Of a stretch of DNA of 64,000 nt, positions 58,890-64,000 are shown one piece after another. A program made the position numbers and the translations under genes. Below the pieces are notes generated by a model that made no database searches, was not told where the DNA came from, and worked only from the letters and a program-made list of their open reading frames with translations. Every line of letters begins with the position of its first letter. The stretch's first letter is position 1. The DNA comes from Candidatus Aenigmatarchaeota archaeon. GTDB lineage: Archaea; Aenigmatarchaeota; Aenigmatarchaeia; QMZP01; QMZT01. The stretch is taken from the NCBI GenBank assembly GCA_041489155.1, contig JBGPQP010000005.1:17812-81811 (forward strand), in the 5' to 3' direction.

Positions 58890-60071
58890 ATGAAAAACAT
58901 GATATTGAATCCGCTGTTAAGTCTCGCGCTGCTGCTTTTCGGGGCAAAAATAGGAGGCATATTGTTAGGCAAACTCAAGCAGCCCAGCGTAATAGGCGAG
59001 CTGGTAGCAGGCATAGTGCTCGGTCCTTCGTTGCTGGCATTAGTGGACCCAGCGAATGAATTTATCATGATAATCAAGGAACTTGGTCTTTTGTTCATGA
59101 TACTTCTCGTGAGTCTTACTATAGACTGGAAAATCCTTGAGGGGAAAGCCGAGCGTTTCAGCTGGATGGAATTGACCAGGGTCGTACTTGTCACAGTAGC
59201 GGTTTATATCATAAGCGTTTTGCTGGGATGGGACATATACACGACCGTTGTGATGGGAACGGTGATAGCGATAGCCAGCACGGCTATAGTGGCGCGCACG
59301 CTGACTGACATGAAGCTCTTCAACAGCAGCGAAGGCCAGACGCTGATAGGCCTCGAAGTCGTTGATGAAGTCGTCGCGATAGTCAGCGTAGCCATAATAG
59401 CCAACATAATGGAAGGTTCTGAAATAACGCTGTGGCCCATACTCACCATCATATTCTTGGTGGTCGGGCTTTTCGTCGTATTGAGTCGCGTGGGCTTCAA
59501 ATTTGTCAAGAGACTCACCAGTTCAATCCAGAAATACGGCATTGAAGACGCGTTGTTCGCCTTCACGCTGCTTTTCGCTTTCGTTCTAGGCAGCCTGACG
59601 GAGGGCATTAACCTAGCGTACGTGCTGGGCGTTTTCATAGCTGGAATGCTTCTCTGCAGGAGCGCACAGCATCCGATAATAACGCGCAAAGTAAAGGAGA
59701 TAGGAGAGAGCTTTTTCATCCCGGTATTCTTCGCTTCTGTTGGCTTGTCCATAAATCTCTTTACCGCATCAGAACAGCTAATTCCGATACTTATGATAAT
59801 GGGCATAGTAGTCGGCGTCAAACTGATTACGGCCATGACAGCCTTCAAACTGTTTCATTACAGCACTAGTGACGCGCTCAAACTATCGTCGGGTTTCGTC
59901 ACGCTTTCGGAAATGACGGCAGTCATAGTCGCTGTCGCTGTGACGAAGCTGGATCCAGTATTCTATGTCGGCCTCATAGCCTCGTTCGTCCTCATAAATG
60001 CAGTTTCACCACTTCTCATAAAATTCGCATTCGGACGCAAGACAAGCGTCTCCAGAAAAGGCTGGAGTTAA
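58890..60071 (+). CDS. CPA2 cation:proton antiporter (no regulatory domain)
   Basis: QPSVIGELVAGIVLGPS, STAIVAR, VVDEV, FFIPVFFASVG. Confidence 0.85.
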   Translation: MKNMILNPLLSLALLLFGAKIGGILLGKLKQPSVIGELVAGIVLGPSLLALVDPANEFIMIIKELGLLFMILLVSLTIDWKILEGKAERFSWMELTRVVLVTVAVYIISVLLGWDIYTTVVMGTVIAIASTAIVARTLTDMKLFNSSEGQTLIGLEVVDEVVAIVSVAIIANIMEGSEITLWPILTIIFLVVGLFVVLSRVGFKFVKRLTSSIQKYGIEDALFAFTLLFAFVLGSLTEGINLAYVLGVFIAGMLLCRSAQHPIITRKVKEIGESFFIPVFFASVGLSINLFTASEQLIPILMIMGIVVGVKLITAMTAFKLFHYSTSDALKLSSGFVTLSEMTAVIVAVAVTKLDPVFYVGLIASFVLINAVSPLLIKFAFGRKTSVSRKGWS

Positions 60072-60080
60072 GCTTTTGAT

Positions 60081-60101
60081 AAAACTTTTATTAAAAGTTT
60101 T
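60081..60101. terminator. AT-rich perfect inverted repeat between convergent genes
   Basis: AAAACTTTTA-T-TAAAAGTTTT. Confidence 0.45.
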
Positions 60102-61549
60102 CAGTAGGCTTTTGCAAAATAAACCATGGTCTTCGCCGGCTTGCCGCATACAACGCATTTGCCTTCCTTTGTTTCGCCTTCGATGCACCTTATTGTGGCG
60201 GTGGTTTTTTCCTTTGTTTTCTCCTCGCACTCGCTGTAACCGCACCAGTGCGCTCTTACCAGCCTTTTGTCCTGTATTAACTTCTCCAGTTCCTCGAAAT
60301 TCCTCGCGTCTTTTATGTTGGCAGACAAGAATTCCTTCGCCTTCCTGTAAAGGTTTTCCTGCATGAGGTCGAGCGCCTTCGCTAACGCGTGTTCGACCTC
60401 GCTCTCCTTCACCGGCTTCTTCTCTCCCATATCCCTTCTAACCAAGACGACCTGCTTGTTCTTTATGTCCTTTGGCCCGATTTCTATGCGTATCGGCACG
60501 CCTTGCATTTCCCACTCGTTGAACTTCCAGCCGGGCGAATAAGAATCGCGGTCGTCCAGGTGGACGCTGAATTTCGCCTCGAGCTTCTTCCTGAGTTTCG
60601 CGCTTTCTTCGAGCACTTTTTTCTTGGTGTCGTTGTCGTATATGGGTATTATAACTGCCTGAATGGGTGCGATGTTAGGAGGCAGTACAAGGCCTTTGTC
60701 GTCGCCATGCGTCATAACCACAGCGCCTATCGTCCTCGTCGTCAGGCCCCACGACGTCTGCCAGACGAGCTTGTCCTTGCCTTCCTTGTCCGTGAACTTG
60801 ATGCCGAATACCTTTGCGAAATGCTGGCCGAGTTTGTGCGAGGTTGCCATCTGGAGGCCTCGCCCGTCCGGCATCAGCGCCTCGAGCGCAATCGTGTAAT
60901 CTGCGCCCGCGAAGGTTTCGCTTTTTGATTTCTTGCCCATGATTACCGGGATTGCCATCTGGGTTTCAACGAGCTCCTTGTACTGGTTCGCGCGGAGCGC
61001 GACTTCATTTTCGCATTCCTCCTCTGTCGCGTGCGCGGTATGGCCCTCCTGCCAGAGGAATTCGCGGGTACGCAGGAACAATCTCGTCGCTTTCACTTCC
61101 CAGCGCACGATGTTGCACCACTGGTTTATGCGCAGCGGCAGATCGCGCCAGGAGCGTATCCATTTGGCGTAAGAATCATACATTATCGTTTCAGAGGTCG
61201 GGCGGAGGGCGTACCTCTCTTCGTTTTCGTCTTTCTTCTCCACCCATGCGACTTCTGGCATGAAGCCTTCGAAGTGCTCGCTCTCCTTTTGGAGGAAGCG
61301 CTCGGGGATGAAAAGAGGGAAATACGCATTCGTTACTCCGGTCGCCTTTATTTTCTGGTCGAACCAGTGCTTTATTTTCTCCCAGATGGCGAAGCCATAA
61401 GGGCGGATAATCATGCAGCCGCTTATGGGAGCGTAATCGGCAAGCTTCGCTTTCTGCACAAGCTGGTTGTACCATTCCGAAAAATCCTCGGCCTTTGGGA
61501 TGAGCCTTTCCGCTTCTTCCTTAGTCGTTTTTTCCTGCTTCTTTGTCAT
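60101..61549 (-). CDS. proS: Proline--tRNA ligase (archaeal/eukaryotic type)
   Basis: FSEWY, RPTSET, RTREFLWQEGHT, QTSWG, C-terminal FAKAY. Confidence 0.95.
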   Translation of the reverse strand: MTKKQEKTTKEEAERLIPKAEDFSEWYNQLVQKAKLADYAPISGCMIIRPYGFAIWEKIKHWFDQKIKATGVTNAYFPLFIPERFLQKESEHFEGFMPEVAWVEKKDENEERYALRPTSETIMYDSYAKWIRSWRDLPLRINQWCNIVRWEVKATRLFLRTREFLWQEGHTAHATEEECENEVALRANQYKELVETQMAIPVIMGKKSKSETFAGADYTIALEALMPDGRGLQMATSHKLGQHFAKVFGIKFTDKEGKDKLVWQTSWGLTTRTIGAVVMTHGDDKGLVLPPNIAPIQAVIIPIYDNDTKKKVLEESAKLRKKLEAKFSVHLDDRDSYSPGWKFNEWEMQGVPIRIEIGPKDIKNKQVVLVRRDMGEKKPVKESEVEHALAKALDLMQENLYRKAKEFLSANIKDARNFEELEKLIQDKRLVRAHWCGYSECEEKTKEKTTATIRCIEGETKEGKCVVCGKPAKTMVYFAKAY

Positions 61550-61645
61550 CCAGCCTCGCCTCTTAGTAATTTGTTGGTTAAGGCTAATAAATAATATCTA
61601 AAAGCACGCCTAAAATAAATTCTTTATTTTTGTCCGTATCCCGTT

Positions 61646-62086
61646 TTACCTGTGTTCCTCGTAATGTGCGTAGTCAGCAATGTGCCTGCCCCACAGATAC
61701 CTGAAGTTCCTCGATATGATGTTGGCGGTTATTTTACCGATAACCTTGCCGTTATCAACGACTGCGAGTCTTCTTATCCTTTTGTTGTCCATCAGGTCGC
61801 TCGCCGTGGTCAAGTCCTCTCTGGCGTCTATCGTTATCACAGGAGAGCTCATTATCCTTCTGACTTCAATCTCCCTGGGGCTCTTTCCGTTGGTAACTAT
61901 CTTCCTCAGAATGTCCCTTTCCGTCACTACTCCGACTGGCACGTTGCCATCAACCACAAGGGCAGAACCAGTCAGATGCTGGTCAAGAATTTTTGCAAGC
62001 TCTGATACCTTTGTATCAGGCTTTACTGTTACCCATTCCTTCATGAGATCTTTTACCTTCAAGGTCTCACCCAATATACGACGCAT
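61646..62086 (-). CDS. CBS-domain pair protein
   Basis: VKDLM, GVVTERDI, IMSSPVITI, IRRLAVVD. Confidence 0.9.
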   Translation of the reverse strand: MRRILGETLKVKDLMKEWVTVKPDTKVSELAKILDQHLTGSALVVDGNVPVGVVTERDILRKIVTNGKSPREIEVRRIMSSPVITIDAREDLTTASDLMDNKRIRRLAVVDNGKVIGKITANIISRNFRYLWGRHIADYAHYEEHR

Positions 62087-62362
62087 TCAAACTTTAAAAA
62101 CATATTCGAAGCTGGCAGTTGCGTGAAATAACATCCCAGAAATTGGTAAGGTTTAAATATACACAACCTCTAATTATATATGCTTCACGGCAAGGCGCTT
62201 TAGGTAGCGCTCTCTTTCTGTGAAGCATGGATGTGAGCTTAATTACGATAAAGTGGACGGCGTTGGAAAACGATAGTCCTCTCGACACGATTAAGTTCGA
62301 AGTAGGAGATTGTGAGAAAAGAGCGAGATTTACAAGGAGATATTATATCCCGCCAGTTTCTA

Positions 62363-63922
<1,560 letters not shown>

Positions 63923-63990
63923 TATATAAAATCTCGCCCTCTTAAAACAATTTCCTACATCAGTCATATCACATCTGCAAAGTTGGTTTG

Positions 63991-64000
63991 GGGCCGATAG
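63991..64000 (+). tRNA. Possible 5' end of a spacer tRNA (tRNA-Ala expected), truncated by the window edge
   Basis: GGGCCGATAG about 70 nt after the 16S; only 10 nt visible. Confidence 0.35.

Noticed and set aside
61550..61645. Possible Pro-rich leader upstream of proS, analogous to the thrS leader
   Set aside because: No uORF with Pro codons and no evident stems

Overview
Archaeal chromosomal segment, most likely from a DPANN lineage. This rests on a fused PriS-PriL primase, a divergent intron-containing 16S rRNA and BHB-type tRNA introns; Aenigmarchaeota-like is my guess and was not tested. Left to right: (1) a 13.4-kb four-gene surface-protein locus (825-aa and ~2330-aa proteins that are paralogous to each other, flanking two ~630-aa class III signal-peptide paralogs); (2) prenyl synthase and a KaiC-like ATPase; (3) an AT-richer sulfur-relay island (2x V4R, TusA, extended SufS-type desulfurase, DsrE, wHTH regulator with a palindromic site, cysteine synthase); (4) a type IV pilus locus and a 1136-aa mosaic membrane protein; (5) housekeeping genes (ndk, adk, thrS, HDAC, primase, DRG GTPase, Kef-type antiporter, rsmA, second KaiC, fen, aRF1, S13-S4-S11-L3); (6) a pyrBIDKCEF operon; (7) a MacB-type ABC system, other transporters, proS and a CBS protein; (8) tRNA-Gln (1 intron), tRNA-Cys (2 introns) and a 16S rRNA with a 112-nt intron in the 1492R primer site. 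The most striking unannotated signal is an 18-codon leader ORF with 11 Thr codons directly upstream of thrS, embedded in mutually exclusive hairpins. It is a candidate archaeal ribosome-stalling attenuator. All calls come from motif recognition by eye; no searches or folding programs were run.
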